From Octopus vulgaris (lineage: Eukaryota), in NCBI GenBank assembly GCA_951406725.2, contig OX597834.1, forward strand, positions 31,682,001-31,746,000: a stretch of 64,000 nucleotides of DNA, written 5' to 3'. The position numbers and the translations under genes were made by a program. How positions within the stretch are numbered: the first letter of the stretch is position 1; each line of letters opens with the position of its first letter. The notes beneath the pieces were generated by a model that saw nothing but the letters and a program-made list of their open reading frames with translations, had not been told where the DNA came from and did no database searches. This document shows positions 14,270 to 27,879 of the stretch, in pieces.

Positions 14270-14692
14270 AGAACAGATCCAGTACTATTATTATTAACCA
14301 TCTTACACATAAAATTATTAACCATCTTACAAACAATAACTCTGAGCACCTTTTCAAACTCCACCCATCTAACACCCGGGGACATATTTACAAAGTCAGA
14401 AAACAGCACAGCTCCCATGACTTTAGGAAACATATTTTCACGCTGAGAGTTGCTGAAGCATGGAACAAACTGCTGGCATCAGTTGTTAGTTGTCGGAGCA
14501 CTGCATCCTTCAAAACTTCCATGCTTCCTGAGATTCGCCAATACTACACCTGATTTCCTCCCCTCCATACACACACAAGCATGTATCTGACTCATACATT
14601 GTTCGCTTTCCAGACATTTGTATATTACTGCATATACTTTATACGCACTTTCTGACAAGTTGTGGTGCACCTGAGCACTGTATACAATAATT

Positions 14693-14744
<52 letters not shown>

Positions 14745-14791
14745 CATTTTGTTATTATTTTATTAATTATTATTATTATTATTAATTATTA

Positions 14792-14824
<33 letters not shown>

Positions 14825-14880
14825 TGTAATTATTATTATTATTATTAGTAGTAGTAGTAGTATTAGTATTATTATTATTA
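14270..14880 (+). mobile_element. CR1-clade LINE 3' fragment with (ATT)n tail
   Basis: TRGHIYKVRKQHSSHDFRKHIFTLRVAEAWNKLLASVVSCRSTASFKTSM matches the CR1/L2 ORF2 C-terminal TRGH...FF..RV...WN.LP...FK motif. It is followed by a 3' UTR and an (ATT)n tail. Confidence 0.8.
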
Positions 14881-14938
14881 CTGCAAAAGAAATCCTTATT
14901 ATAGTTTTTTCAATGTCGTTCTTTTTCTCTTGTTTCAG

Positions 14939-15060
14939 GTGGAACGATCGTCATTTACTCCTTTGCTTCAAGTCCTGGAAATACTACGAAATGCTTGGAC
15001 AGTTGTTTTTACAAGGTCGACTGGAAAATATTGTTGGTATGAAAGTTCGTGAAATTGAAC
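14939..15060 (+). CDS. Internal coding exon of the FAM124-like gene (WNDRHLLLCFKSWKYYEMLGQLFLQGRLENIVGMKVREIE); upstream exon(s) not identified
   Basis: Strong acceptor (ctttttctcttgtttcAG|) and consensus donor (|GTAAGT). The frame starting at the second base is open throughout. The exon ends in phase 1 (c), which joins the cg at 39969 to make CCG (Pro), in frame with the downstream exon. Confidence 0.8.
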
Positions 15061-15130
15061 GTAAGTATTTATAATTATCTTTGGAGCTGACCTGGAGTAG
15101 GGAAGGTGTTGTTGTTTATGTTTGTTTGTT

Positions 15131-15485
15131 GAGCGAAGCGGTCTTCGTCCCATTAGTGGGAGAAGTCCGTAACATGGTCCTTTGCTATTTGTAAGACCTG
15201 CAGAAGAGAAAGCAGGTTAACCCCCCGACACCGAGAGCATCGACGGATCGATGAATGCGCATCCAGGCTCAACAGTTGTGTAGGAAGTCGGGGACAAGAA
15301 ACAGGAAGAAAGAGTGAGAGAAAGTTGGAGTGAAAGAGTACAACAGGGGTCTCCACCACCCCCTGCCGGAGCCTCGTGGAGCTTTAGATGTTTTCGCTCA
15401 ACACACACAACGCCTGGTCTGGGAATCGAAACCGCGATCCTCCAACCGCGAGTCCGCTGCCCTAACCACTGGGCCATTGCGCCCT
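15131..15485 (-). mobile_element. tRNA-SINE family B head and core with tail type 2
   Basis: Same head and core as the 12007 and 18620 copies (gagtgagagaaagtt...ccactgggccattgcgcc), but an unrelated 3' part. Confidence 0.8.
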
Positions 15486-15892
15486 CTGTTGTTGATGAGA
15501 TTGTGAATGGCAATTAAATGACATTGACCAAATGATTAGTCAAACAATTAATTCATGAATTGGTTGCATAGTCAACTAATTGACAAAGTGAAATACAACC
15601 AGTGCATGTGTTTTATTATTGGAATAATGACTCTTCCAAAATACAATAAAATTAAAACATATATACACTCTCTCATACACATACATATATATGTATGTGT
15701 GTGTATATACATATATTTATAAACAAACCCCATGTAATGACAAAAAAGGTAGATCGGTGTTTTTGCTTTCATGTTCTTGTAGTCGATGGTATTGTATGCA
15801 ACAGGTTTCCAACAGCTGAAAATGTGCAATGCTCGTTGGAGTGTTGACAGAGAAACTTTAAGTCTTGTACGGAAGTCTCCATACCTGTATCA

Positions 15893-15968
<76 letters not shown>

Positions 15969-16180
15969 TATATTAGGCAAATCAAACAGTGAAAAACTTA
16001 AACCAAAACATAAAAATAAAAATAATTAATATAATTTACAAAATATATAAAATATAAAATTTAAAATTTAAATTATTTAAATTTAAAATTATTAATTTAT
16101 ATTTATATTTATATTTATAATTTTTTTTTGATAAGTATATATAACTATTAAAAAGTATTAAAAAGTTTATTATAAGGTAA

Positions 16181-16221
<41 letters not shown>

Positions 16222-16231
16222 TATATATATA

Positions 16232-16271
<40 letters not shown>

Positions 16272-16590
16272 CAATTCTTTTTTTGAATGGTGGATCTTGA
16301 AGTAGACAAAGCTATAAATAAAATTTCAGGCCTTATTCCTGATACTTGTTGCCCCTCCCCTCCACTGAATGTCTCCCATTTACTACTACTGTAAACACCC
16401 ATATTGGTATTGCTATCATGACCACCACCACTGAGACACTCACCTGTAGGTTCTACCCCTGTCCCATTTCTACAATGCACATTGATTTGGTGTTGATATA
16501 ATCAATAGGTCATGTTGCCCCATGATCCAAGGTACTTTTGAGTGGGCTGGTTATGCAACACTAGTATAGGTTACAGCTGTGAACTCACTT

Positions 16591-16660
<70 letters not shown>

Positions 16661-17028
16661 CATACACACACACACACCCATACACACACACATACATGTA
16701 TATATATAAAGAATAAAATATTCTGAATGATACAACAATGCACTATAATACCTTATAATATAGTGCATTGGCGTGTCATTCAAAATATTTTATTCTTTAC
16801 AAACAATACACAATGCTTCAAGCAAACTACAATACTCTCATATATATATGTATATATATAAACAAGTCAAATTGCGATAAAATAAAATTAATTATTATCG
16901 CTGGTGAAACTAGCCCAGGCCATATATTATTCATATATCAGTACATTAAAAGGCGAAATATGTGCTAGAAACACAGAAGCTAGATAAATTTAGTGAAATG
17001 AAAATAAAAACATTTACTAACTCGGTTC

Positions 17029-17102
17029 CTCTTAGACTGCAGTTTCGTTCTTTTCAGCAATAAAGATAATTTATTTGCTCAGGGAGAATTCATCGGTAAG
17101 AG
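17029..17102 (-). ncRNA. Type I hammerhead ribozyme motif (PLE-type) within a ~350-bp insert (16860-17212) between (AT)n tracts
   Basis: Minus strand reads CTCTTA-CCGATGA-[long stem II]-GAAAC-TGCA-GTC-TAAGAG. Stem I is CTCTTA/TAAGAG, stem III is the palindrome ACTGCAGT, the cleavage triplet is GUC, and the core carries a U4C variant. Confidence 0.75.
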
Positions 17103-17208
17103 CCCTGTTGTTCTGAGATCCTAACTCACTAGAAGCATGTGCTTCTAATGATTTGCTCTCTCTAACTAATCAGATCACTGCGCAGACTCAGAACGTCCCG
17201 ACAAAACT

Positions 17209-17273
<65 letters not shown>

Positions 17274-17276
<3 letters not shown>

Positions 17277-17500
17277 TGTGTTCAAAAAGTCTCTCCACAG
17301 TCATAACTTTCACGCGGTCCATATCATTTCAGACTTTCCAAGATGTGTTTCAAAACATGTGTAGAAGAGTCAACTTATGTATTGAAAATGAAGGGCGATA
17401 CTTTCAACTCATTGTTATTCTCTTTGTAGTTTTATACCATCTTATAAATATTTATTTTGTAATAGAATACTTACTGCGGAGAGACCTTTTGAAAACCCTG
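17274..17500 (+). mobile_element. Internally deleted Tc1/mariner-superfamily element
   Basis: TIRs CAGTGTGTTCAAAAAGTCTCTCCACAGT / ACTGCGGAGAGACCTTTTGAAAACCCTG|TA. It retains a transposase C-terminus-like stretch FQDVFQNMCRRVNLCIENEGRYFQ. Confidence 0.75.
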
Positions 17501-17575
17501 TATATATATATGTATTATACAAGCAGGAGCTGTGTAAATTCCATGGAATGGAAAAAATTAAGAGGACCTATTTAA

Positions 17576-17854
17576 CCCTTTTGGCTTGGCTGGTATATAT
17601 TTATACCAGACAAAAATTCTACAACCTATGTAATGCAGTATACATGTAATGCTCTGGTTTTTCTGCTAAGTATGTTGCGCCAGACGTATGATTGGAGTGT
17701 ATGACACTATAATGACAGCTCAAAAGACTCACATGTGTACAAATCCCACCCACCCACCGCCATTTACCAGCTTCAGAAAAATTTCTTGAGAAAAATTTCT
17801 TGAGAAAAATTTCTTGAGAAAGAATTCTTGAGAAAAAATTCCGGGTTGAAAGGG
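17576..17854. mobile_element. TTAA-flanked (piggyBac-like) MITE with an internal 14-bp tandem repeat
   Basis: TTAA|CCCTTT ... AAAGGG|TTAA; about four copies of agaaaaatttcttg at 17775-17840. Confidence 0.65.
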
Positions 17855-18619
17855 TTAAGAAAGAATGGATGATCTGCATTTTTATAGCCTTCATAGTTTA
17901 GCTTTCTTTAAATATTCTTGACGTTCATCCACATTCATCTCCTCACGTCTCTGTCACATGGTGTCTTTTTCCTCTTTTTCTTACATCTTCTTGCTGTTCC
18001 TCTCCGATCAGTGCTCTATATCTGTGCATCCTTTCTGGGGCAACTTGCAACTGTACTTCTTGTGAATCCAGTGTTTAGGCTAAATTAACCCTTATAAACA
18101 AATATCAACTTTTTGAATGAGCCGATAATAAATAATTGCACTTATGCATTTGCAATGGTCACTATGAAAAAAAAATTTGTTCAATAAAAAGATTGTTTTT
18201 CATTATCAACACACCACCACCACTGTCTACCTCTCTCTCTCTCCTTCTCTCAATACAACTGCCTCACCTGTCTATCTCTTTCTATTACCTTTCCCTTCAG
18301 CTAACTTCCTAACCACGTAATAAGTATTCCTGTCCCACTCCACCACACATCATTAACACTTCTCTCTCCCTCTTTTCCTCTCACCATCTTTTTCTCATTC
18401 TTCACCTTTACCTTCAGCTGACCTCGTGACCATCTGGCCTAAATGTATTAATATTAATCACCTTCTGCATTATTGTGAAGGGCATCCGAATAGAGAAACC
18501 TTGCCAAAGTAGATACAGAATCTGTCAGAGCCCTCCTGTGCTTTTATTCTTGTTGAAATGTCCAACCCATGTCAGCATGGCAAAAGGGATGTTAAATAAC
18601 GATGGTGGTGATGACAATG

Positions 18620-18999
18620 GGGGGAAGCACTCCGTCGGTTACGATGACGAGGGTTCCGGTTGATCCGAATCAACGGAACAGCCTGCTCGTGAAATTAACG
18701 TGTAAGTGGCTGAGCACTCCACAGACACGTGTACCCTTAACATAGTTCTCGGGGATATTCAGCGTGACACAGAGAGTGACAAGGCCGGCCCTTTGAAATA
18801 CAGGTACAACAGAAACAGGAAGTAAGAGTGAGAGAAAGTTCTGGTGAAAGAGTACAGCAGGGATCACAACCATCCCCTGCCGGAGCCTCATGGAGCTTTA
18901 GGTGTTTTCGCTCAATAAACACTCACAACGCCCGGTCTGGGGATCGAAACCGTGATCCTATGACCGCGAGTCCGCTGCCCTAACCACTGGGCCATTGCG
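18620..18999 (-). mobile_element. tRNA-SINE family B (tail type 1), near full length
   Basis: A/B-box head on the minus strand; high identity to 12007-12333. Confidence 0.85.
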
Positions 19000-19542
19000 A
19001 CAATGATAATGATAAGGATGATGATGATGTATAAATATATTTATGTAATTTCCATGCTATATCTTGTGATGACCCTTTAGACACATCTTCGGTGATGCTT
19101 TCTCGGAGTTCTTCACTGTTCCTTCAGGTTTTTCCACAATCAGACACCTTATTCTCTTCACCCAGGTGAGACAATCAGGCTGGATCTAGCCCCAGGTTTT
19201 GGCCAGTTTATACTGTTCTATGAAGCATTACACCTGCCATGGATCATAGCTCTTGATCCACAGCCAACAACATAGTGCAGTCCCTGTTACCTCCATAACC
19301 ACTTTGAAGGCTAGAGAACAAGCATGTATACATGTGTGTATGTGTGTGTTTATGAATGCGTGTGTGTGATTGTGCGTTGTTGTTGTGTGTGTGTGTGGGT
19401 GAGTAGTTAAAACTTTAAAATATTTGCTTTATTGTCAGTTTTACTGAGTGACTTTGAAGTTTTGGTGAAACTTCATAGTTATCATCAATAGTTATATAAA
19501 TCTCTATTGATTCACCACACACACACACGCACACATATATAG

Positions 19543-19583
<41 letters not shown>

Positions 19584-19722
19584 GAGGTAAAGATATATAT
19601 ATATATATGTGTGTGTATGTATGCTTCTATGTATCTATCCATCTGTCTATCTATCTATTTATCCATATATTATATATGTATATGTGTGAATGTGTATATA
19701 TATATATATATGTGTGTGTGTA

Positions 19723-19758
<36 letters not shown>

Positions 19759-19824
19759 AATGGCGGTGCCCCAGCATGGCCACAGCTCAAGAGCTGAAAC
19801 TGGAAAACATAAACATAAACATAA

Positions 19825-19858
<34 letters not shown>

Positions 19859-19977
19859 TTATATGTATATATGTATGTATATATACATATATATATATAT
19901 ATACACACGCATACATACATATATTTGATGAAAACAATATATGTCGATATTCAAAACAGTAAAATTTATTTCTCTCT

Positions 19978-20014
<37 letters not shown>

Positions 20015-20569
20015 ACGAATGTAAACATAATACTCATAACCAGATACCTATGTACATACATATATATGCAGTTGCATATACATATGTATATATGTTTGTG
20101 TATATATATATATATATATATATACATACACATACACATGATAAAAGGATCTTCCAAAAGATGTGTGTGTGTGTCTGTGTGTGTGTGTGTGCGTATTTTC
20201 TTGTTTATATTTAGTCATCTCGAATTTTATTATACCTTGTTCCCAGGGGACAATTTTATTGTTTTTTATTCCACTTTTTTACCATTCCTACCTCGTTCCC
20301 AAATGAAGTTACTTACCTCTTTTACCTTTCATTTCAATTTCTTTCTGTGTATTATTCATTTATTTATTCTTGTCTTTTTTTTTTCTTTTTCGCATATTTA
20401 CCACCATTGCCTTCTTTTTTTGAATATTATGATTACGAAAACTATTATTATTATTATTACCATTATTATCATCTTCATCATCAGCAGCATCATCATCATA
20501 AATTATTGCTATTATCATTATCATTATGATTATTGTGGTTGTTGTTGTTACTATTATTATTATTATTAT

Positions 20570-20662
<93 letters not shown>

Positions 20663-20681
20663 TAGTGGTAGTAGTAGTAGT

Positions 20682-20752
<71 letters not shown>

Positions 20753-20827
20753 CTGTAACAACAGCAGCAGTAGAATCTTCATCAAGTTTATTGATATTAC
20801 TATCATTATTATTATTGTCATCATTAC

Positions 20828-20864
<37 letters not shown>

Positions 20865-21045
20865 GTCATCATCATTGCCATCATCATCATCATCATTATT
20901 CTTACTGCTTATGTTTGGTGTGGGGGGGGTCTTCCTCCCTTCAAAATGCTATCGTGGTTTTTTCTCTACAATTTTTTTTTATTACTTTTATTTTCTTCTC
21001 CGTCTGATCCTCTCCCTTTATTTCACAACCAAATAGCAGAAAAGA

Positions 21046-21151
<106 letters not shown>

Positions 21152-21913
21152 TATGATGATGATATGATGATATATATATATATACACATAATATATATAT
21201 ATATACACACACACATATATATATACATACATATATATATATATATATATGTATAAATATATATATATATACATATATATATGTGTGTATATCTATATGT
21301 ATATGTGTGTATGTGTGTATATACATACATACATAAATTTAAAAAATAGCAACACAAAATAATAAATAAACTACAGATAAAAACCTGGACTATTCCACAT
21401 TTCTTTTATAATTTTTTTTATTCAATCTTTGACTATGTTTTTTTTTGTGGGTGGGGCATGTTATTTGTTTTTGCTTTTTTTTTCTTTCGTTTTTTTTTTC
21501 TCTTTTTTACCATTTTTTTTTTCTTTGATTTCGCAAGAAATGATGAAAGCTTCATCTATAAAATACTTTCCAACAATAAACAAAGGCAAAAAACAAAAAA
21601 CAAAAACGAAATTCAACGAAAAATGAAAGAGTAAAAAAAAAAATAATAAAGAAGAAAGGAAAAATCTACGAAGGGGAAAAAAATGTTGCAAAAATGTTGG
21701 AAAAGGTAAAAGGAATAAATAATAATAAAAAATGGAAATAAAATAACATCAACAATAATAAAAAATGAATGAATAAGCTTTTGTGTGCATTTATGTGTGT
21801 GTGCGTGTATGCGTGCATGTTTGCATATATATATATATACATACACACACATATATATATATATACATATCATCATTATCATCATCATCATTTAGCGTCC
21901 GCTTATAGATATA

Positions 21914-21963
<50 letters not shown>

Positions 21964-22009
21964 TATATACATGTATATATATATAGAGAGATATATACAT
22001 ATATATGTA

Positions 22010-23261
22010 TGTATGTATGTATTGCAATGCTACATGGTAGTGAAACATGGGTCCTGAATGCAGAGGACAAGCAAAGACTAGAGAGTAATGAAACTAGTAT
22101 ACTCTGCTGGATGTGCAATGTCTGTGTGCAAGGGAGATTTGGTCATGTGATGCGTGTGGATGAGGAGGACAGCTGCCTAAAGAAATGTTGGTTGCTTAAA
22201 ATGGATGGAACTCGTGGTAAAGAGAAACCCAGGAGCTCAGGGGACAAAGTATTGAAAGGTGATCTTAAGATGCTGACCTTTACAGAGGAGTTGGCAAAAG
22301 ACCGAGTTGATTAATGATTCACTGTGCTTAAGAAGATTTGTTCACTACCCTTAGAATATTTTTTTTATGCTTGTACATGCTGGGCACCGACCCTGTGCCT
22401 ATTCTGCATCATCAGGTATTCCCCACATTTCATCTTTGTAATCCCTTTATTATAAGCCTTTTCCCTCTGTCACTCCTCTATCTATGTCACAACTCATTTG
22501 TTGTAATCCCTTGAGACCAGAATCGACACATATTACACTCCATCCCCCACCCCCATACTTTGTGTTACAAGTTACCTTCCCCACTGTTGGGGCCTCTTTC
22601 CTGAGCCACTTTTATCTCTCTCACCTTAGCCATTCTCCCTAATGTTATTTCCCATCAACCACACCTCATCGTTTGTTCAGTTCATCACTCACTACATTCA
22701 CCTCGACACCCCAACTTTAACCAGCAGCTACTCTCCCCTCATACTCTTAACAAAACTACCCGCCCTCTCTTTCCTCCCTGATCCACTCTCTCTATCCTCT
22801 AGTATTCTAACCTTCATGTATCTCCAGGGTTTGTTCTGATGTGCCATCACTATAATCCTTATCTCCTTCCCCAGCTACTCCAACCCTTATATAATGTGAA
22901 GTAGTCATAGAGATACAAAAACAAATACTTACATTTGTCCCTCTGTCATGCTTTAGCTTCTCAGTAGAATAGGGTCTAGAGTCACCTCCCCACTCTCAAA
23001 TCCTTCTCCCACCACTAACATTTAATCAAAGAGGCTTTTCCTCTCCTTTTCCCTTCATGCAACTTACATGACAACCTTACAAGTGCCAGAGGCACAAACA
23101 GCCACCCAGTACACTCTGTAAAGGGATTGGCATTAGGAAGGGCATCCCGCTGTAGAGACCATACCAAAGCAGACAATGGAACACATGCAGTCTTTGATCA
23201 GTTCCTGTCAAAGTGTTCAGCTCTTTCCTGAATGGAAAGTGGATGCTAAATGATGATGATG
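22010..23261 (+). mobile_element. Degenerate RTE-clade LINE 3' end: ORF C-terminus, long pyrimidine-rich 3' UTR and (GAT)n tail
   Basis: [51 protein letters not shown] matches the RTE post-RT motifs. It ends in ggcattaggaagggcatccc...gatgctaaatgatgatgat. Continuity through the UTR is inferred. Confidence 0.7.
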
Positions 23262-23470
23262 TTAGAAGCAGTGATGGTAATGAGGATTAACCATTAAATT
23301 TATAGCCAAGTTAATTATGTTAGTAATATTGCTTTCAAATTTTGGAACAAGGCCAGTAACTTTGAGGAGAGGGAGTAAGTTGATTATATTGACCCCTAAA
23401 AGATGAAAGGCAAAGTCAACCGAGGTAGAATTTGAACTTAGAATGTAAAGATAGATGAAACGTCACAAAG

Positions 23471-23897
23471 CTTTGGAGTAAAGATTGTTTGCCAACAGTC
23501 CTGGTTTAGGATGAATGTTGCTGTAATTTAGCCCCAAGAGACATCGTCTCCAGCTGGCTATACAACACAATCTGTATTCTTATATTTTTAAACAAGGGAA
23601 TCCAGCACCTTCACTCACCTCAAAACAGTATCTGTGTATCACAATTTCCTGGTTATTTCCCTTCATCAGCCCAGAATGATTGTTCGGCTAGAGGTGGTGC
23701 TGCCAAATTTCCATTCGAAATATATAGTTTTCAAAGTGACAACTAATCACTGATCTATAAATTATAAAATTACAGCAACATTCGTCCTAAACCAGGACTG
23801 CCATGTTATGCTGGCAAACAATCTTTACTCCAAAGTACTGTTGCTGAATATCTCTCATTGCGAGATTTACAAATAGTAATTTTCTAACTTCAAAAGC
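23471..23897. mobile_element. Fold-back insert (arms 23471-23529 / 23767-23835 plus tail) with a decayed minus-strand hammerhead, interrupting a family C SINE
   Basis: Inverted arms are directly visible and AAAGCTT flanks both ends. The minus strand at ~23630-23676 reads TCTGGG-CTGATGA-agggaaataaccag-GAAA-TTGTGA-TA-CACAGA. Confidence 0.65.
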
Positions 23898-24611
23898 TTG
23901 TTGTCCAATATACTAACAGTTCTACCAGATCACCACCTTAATATCATCAGTGATATTGGTTTCAAGTTTTGGCACAAGCCCACCAACTTCGACCCCAGTA
24001 CCCAGCTGGTGCTTATTTTATTAACCCCTAACAGATGAAAGGTAAAGTTGGCCTCAGTGGAATTTGAAATCTGAACCTCATTTCAGAAGGAATGCCACTA
24101 AGAGTTTTGCCTGACATGCTAACAGTTCTTCTAGCTTGGCACCTTAATCCTATCGGTGATATTAACTATTAAATTAAATGCTGAGATAATCCTGCTAGTA
24201 TTATTAATCCATTAAATATTCATTAAAAAAACAGAACATTTTGGGATTTCAACAAAACTAACCACCCCTGGTAATGAATAAACCATGTGGTCCTTCTTTA
24301 GCAGGCAAATATGCAACCATATTGCATACACACACACACACTCACACACGCATGCACATGCAAATCGATACTGACAGACAAATCCAAAAACAAAAACAAC
24401 AGGTCAAAGGGGCGTTCACAATCAATGTTAGTCTGATGTTTCATGAAAGTTTTAGAGGGAAAGATAAAAGTAAAAACATGATGTTTGGAACATAGTTCCC
24501 CCGTTGGATGAAAGAAGAAAATCAAGAGAGGAGAACAGAGTGGAAGGAAGAGGAGGTAGGAACAGGGACTCAATAGGAAAGCACATGGGTAAAGCTTCAT
24601 GACTGAAAATT

Positions 24612-24650
<39 letters not shown>

Positions 24651-24656
24651 TATATA

Positions 24657-24772
24657 TACGGCCATATCACGTTGAAAACACCGGTTCTCGTCCGATCACC
24701 GAAGTTAAGCAACATCGAGCCTAGTTAGTACTTAGATGGGTAACCGCTTGGGAACCCTAGGTGCTGTAAGCA
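24657..24772 (+). pseudogene. 5S rRNA-derived sequence (nearly full length, no oligo-T terminator)
   Basis: tacggccatatcacgttgaaaacaccggttctcgtccgatcaccgaagttaagcaac...tagtacttagatgggtaaccgcttgggaa...gtgctgtaagca is an invertebrate-type 5S sequence with A box and C box. The first ~3 nt are replaced by (TA)n. Confidence 0.95.
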
Positions 24773-24944
24773 AAGGGAACTACACTCACGGAGTGGTTGG
24801 CGTTAGGAAGGGCATCCAGCTGTAGAAACATTGCCAGATAAGACTGGAGCCTGGTGCAGCCTTCTGGCTTCCCAGATCCCTGGTCGAACCGTCCAACCCA
24901 TGCTAGCATGGAGAACGGACGTTAAACGATGATGATGATGATGA

Positions 24945-24948
<4 letters not shown>
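24657..24948 (+). mobile_element. 5S-headed SINE (SINE3-like) or 5S-RTE chimeric retrocopy
   Basis: The 5S head is fused to gtggttggcgttaggaagggcatccagctgtagaaac...cccatgctagcatggagaacggacgttaaac(gat)n. This tail is shared with 23110-23261, ~18475-18610, 41731-41765 and 53245-53400 (-). Confidence 0.75.
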
Positions 24949-24990
<42 letters not shown>

Positions 24991-25213
24991 ATATATATAT
25001 ACATATGTACATAAATATACACATATACAAAACAAAACAGGAAAGTGGGCAGTTTTGGTATTATTTATCCTCTAAGCAGGTGTGCTTCAAGAGGAAACAG
25101 CTGGGATTTACCCTAACTATCTATATAATGTAATATATATATATATATGCCCCAGCATGGCCACAGCTCGTGAGCTGAAACTTGATGAAATAAAAAAATT
25201 GAAATAAAAATAA

Positions 25214-25263
<50 letters not shown>

Positions 25264-25791
25264 ATATATATAAACAGAAATGACGATCAAATTTTACAAC
25301 AGATGTTTTAGTAAAATTTTATTAATGCATTCATAGATTGCCTCATATGATATAATCTACCACCTTCAGGTAATATTTCAAACAGGAATAATTTCAAACA
25401 GGTGAGATTTCATACATCAACCCAGACACATCCAACGTCAGTTTAAATTGGATTTGATAATTACATATCTACTGTATACCACCAAAAATTTATGCCTTCA
25501 ATGCTGTTCATCCTACTGTGAACTCTGCGTTATTGTACCTAGCCATTTATGGTGTCCTTAGTATTGATGTGCCTAGATTCTTTTGAAGCCCTATAATCAA
25601 TTGAGTGTGTGTGTATACAATTCAGAAAGTATTCCAAAGAGTGCGACATATTATTGGCAGGTATGTGTATCAAAGATCAGTTCCATCCTTAAATTCCAGT
25701 TCTGATATGGTTGGGAGCCAGCAGCATACATTCTTGAAACTGGATTTTATACTCATATAATTGATGTTTACCATTCTTATGAAACATTATA

Positions 25792-26218
25792 GGTGCAGGC
25801 ATGGCTGTGTGGTAAGAAGCTTGCTTCCCAACCACATGGTTCCTGGTTCAGTCCCACTGTGTGGGGCCTTCTTCTATAGCCTCGGGCAGACCAACCCTTG
25901 TGAGTGGATTTGGTAGACAGAAACTGAAAGAAGCCTATCGTATATGTGCGTGCGTGTGTATGTGCGCATGCATATATCTATGTGTGTGTGTCTTTGTGGC
26001 TATGTCTGTCCAGCCGCCATCACTTAGCAACCAATGTTGGTATGTTTATTCCCTGTAACTAAGTGGTTCAGCAAAAGACACTGATAGAATAAGTACTGTG
26101 CTAACTAAGAATAAGTCCTGGGGTCGATTCCGTTGACTAAAAACAAAAAAAAAATTCAAGGTGGTGCCCCAGCATGGCCGCAGTCAAATACCTGAAACAA
26201 GTAAAAGAATAAAAGAAT
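25792..26218 (+). mobile_element. tRNA-SINE family A, full length
   Basis: Family A head, internal microsatellite and tail. Confidence 0.85.
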
Positions 26219-26533
26219 ACTAGAAAGTTAATATAAGGAATAAATACCAGATAAGTTTTCTGTGTTCCTGGAAACAGGTGAGGATTGCTGACGGGTATGA
26301 AGTGGTGGCCATAGACGGATCTGCCTCAACAAATTCTATCTAACCCATAGAAGCATTAAAACGTGCATGTTAAATTATGAGGCTTCCATATAGTTTCCAT
26401 CAACCAAATTTACTGCCAAGGTGTTGGTAGAATAGCAAGAGAGCTGCACTTAAAGGTGTGAGATTGCAACACAAACTCCTTTATCATTCGGCCATGTCCC
26501 TGTGTCTGTAGTATGTAGATATATATATATGTT

Positions 26534-26570
<37 letters not shown>

Positions 26571-26721
26571 CATTTAAGGTTCACCTTCCATGGGTGATAT
26601 ACATATATACACACACACATATATATGTGTGTGTGTGTGTATATATATATATGTATATGAATGTATGTATCTCTGGAGGCTGGCATAATGGTACTGGTAT
26701 TTCTATCTATCTATCTATCTA

Positions 26722-26765
<44 letters not shown>

Positions 26766-27167
26766 CACATACATATACATTCACACGAAAGGGATATGTA
26801 TTTTCACCTCCTCTCTCTCTATCTCTATATATAGAGAAGGAGAGAGACAGAGAGAGAGAAAGAAAGAAAGGGAAAGAATTATATATATTAACACAGGTAA
26901 ACACACATGAATTCATGCACACACACACAGCTATGCATAAAGAATGCCTTACACACCTATATATTCAGGTATATGGTTGTGCATTATTATATTACCAATG
27001 CCTCAGGAAGCAGCAGTGTGCCAAAGTCATCCAACACAGAAATGCATATGCATATATGTATGCATGTATGTATGTATGTATGTATGTATGTATGTATGTA
27101 TGTATGTATGTATGTATGTATGTATGTATGTATATGTATGTATGTATATGTATATATATATATATAG

Positions 27168-27222
<55 letters not shown>

Positions 27223-27428
27223 CATGTATGCATATATATATATACATCTATATATATGTATGTACATAAGTGTTTTAGGGATGTATGCATGTGTGCATGT
27301 ATCATGTATATGTGTGATTTAATATATAGAATATATATAAAATAAATAAACCTATATAAATAATGATGATGATGATGATGATGATGGTAAAAAGAAGGAA
27401 GGAATATATATTTTTTCAATATCACTAC

Positions 27429-27479
<51 letters not shown>

Positions 27480-27501
27480 CATCATCATCATCATCATAAT
27501 T

Positions 27502-27532
<31 letters not shown>

Positions 27533-27570
27533 TTATTATCATGATTATCATTATTATTAATAACAACAAC

Positions 27571-27634
<64 letters not shown>

Positions 27635-27676
27635 GTACCACCAATACCACCATGACTACTACTGCTACTACTACTG

Positions 27677-27730
<54 letters not shown>

Positions 27731-27865
27731 ACACTTCGGCAACATCAGTAACATCGTCAGTAAAGAATGATATGACAAGAACAATAACAACAAAAACAAC
27801 GACAACAACAACAACAACAACTTCCCTGCAGCACGATGCCAAATGGAATTTTCTAGACAGGTTTA

Positions 27866-27879
27866 GTTACCATGGTAAC
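27866..27879. promoter_or_regulatory. Perfect palindromic RFX X-box
   Basis: GTTACCATGGTAAC (extends to a 16-bp palindrome, 27865-27880) in a unique island between microsatellites. Confidence 0.45.

Noticed and set aside
24657-24772. Functional 5S rRNA gene
   Set aside because: Single copy, 5' end clipped, no oligo-T terminator, and fused to a retroposon tail.
25270-25790. Possible decayed Penelope 3' end on the minus strand (K-S-N-L-N-stop, CTGAAGG...GAATGCAT hammerhead remnant)
   Set aside because: Too degraded to support by eye; it would need tBLASTn against GIY-YIG PLE proteins.
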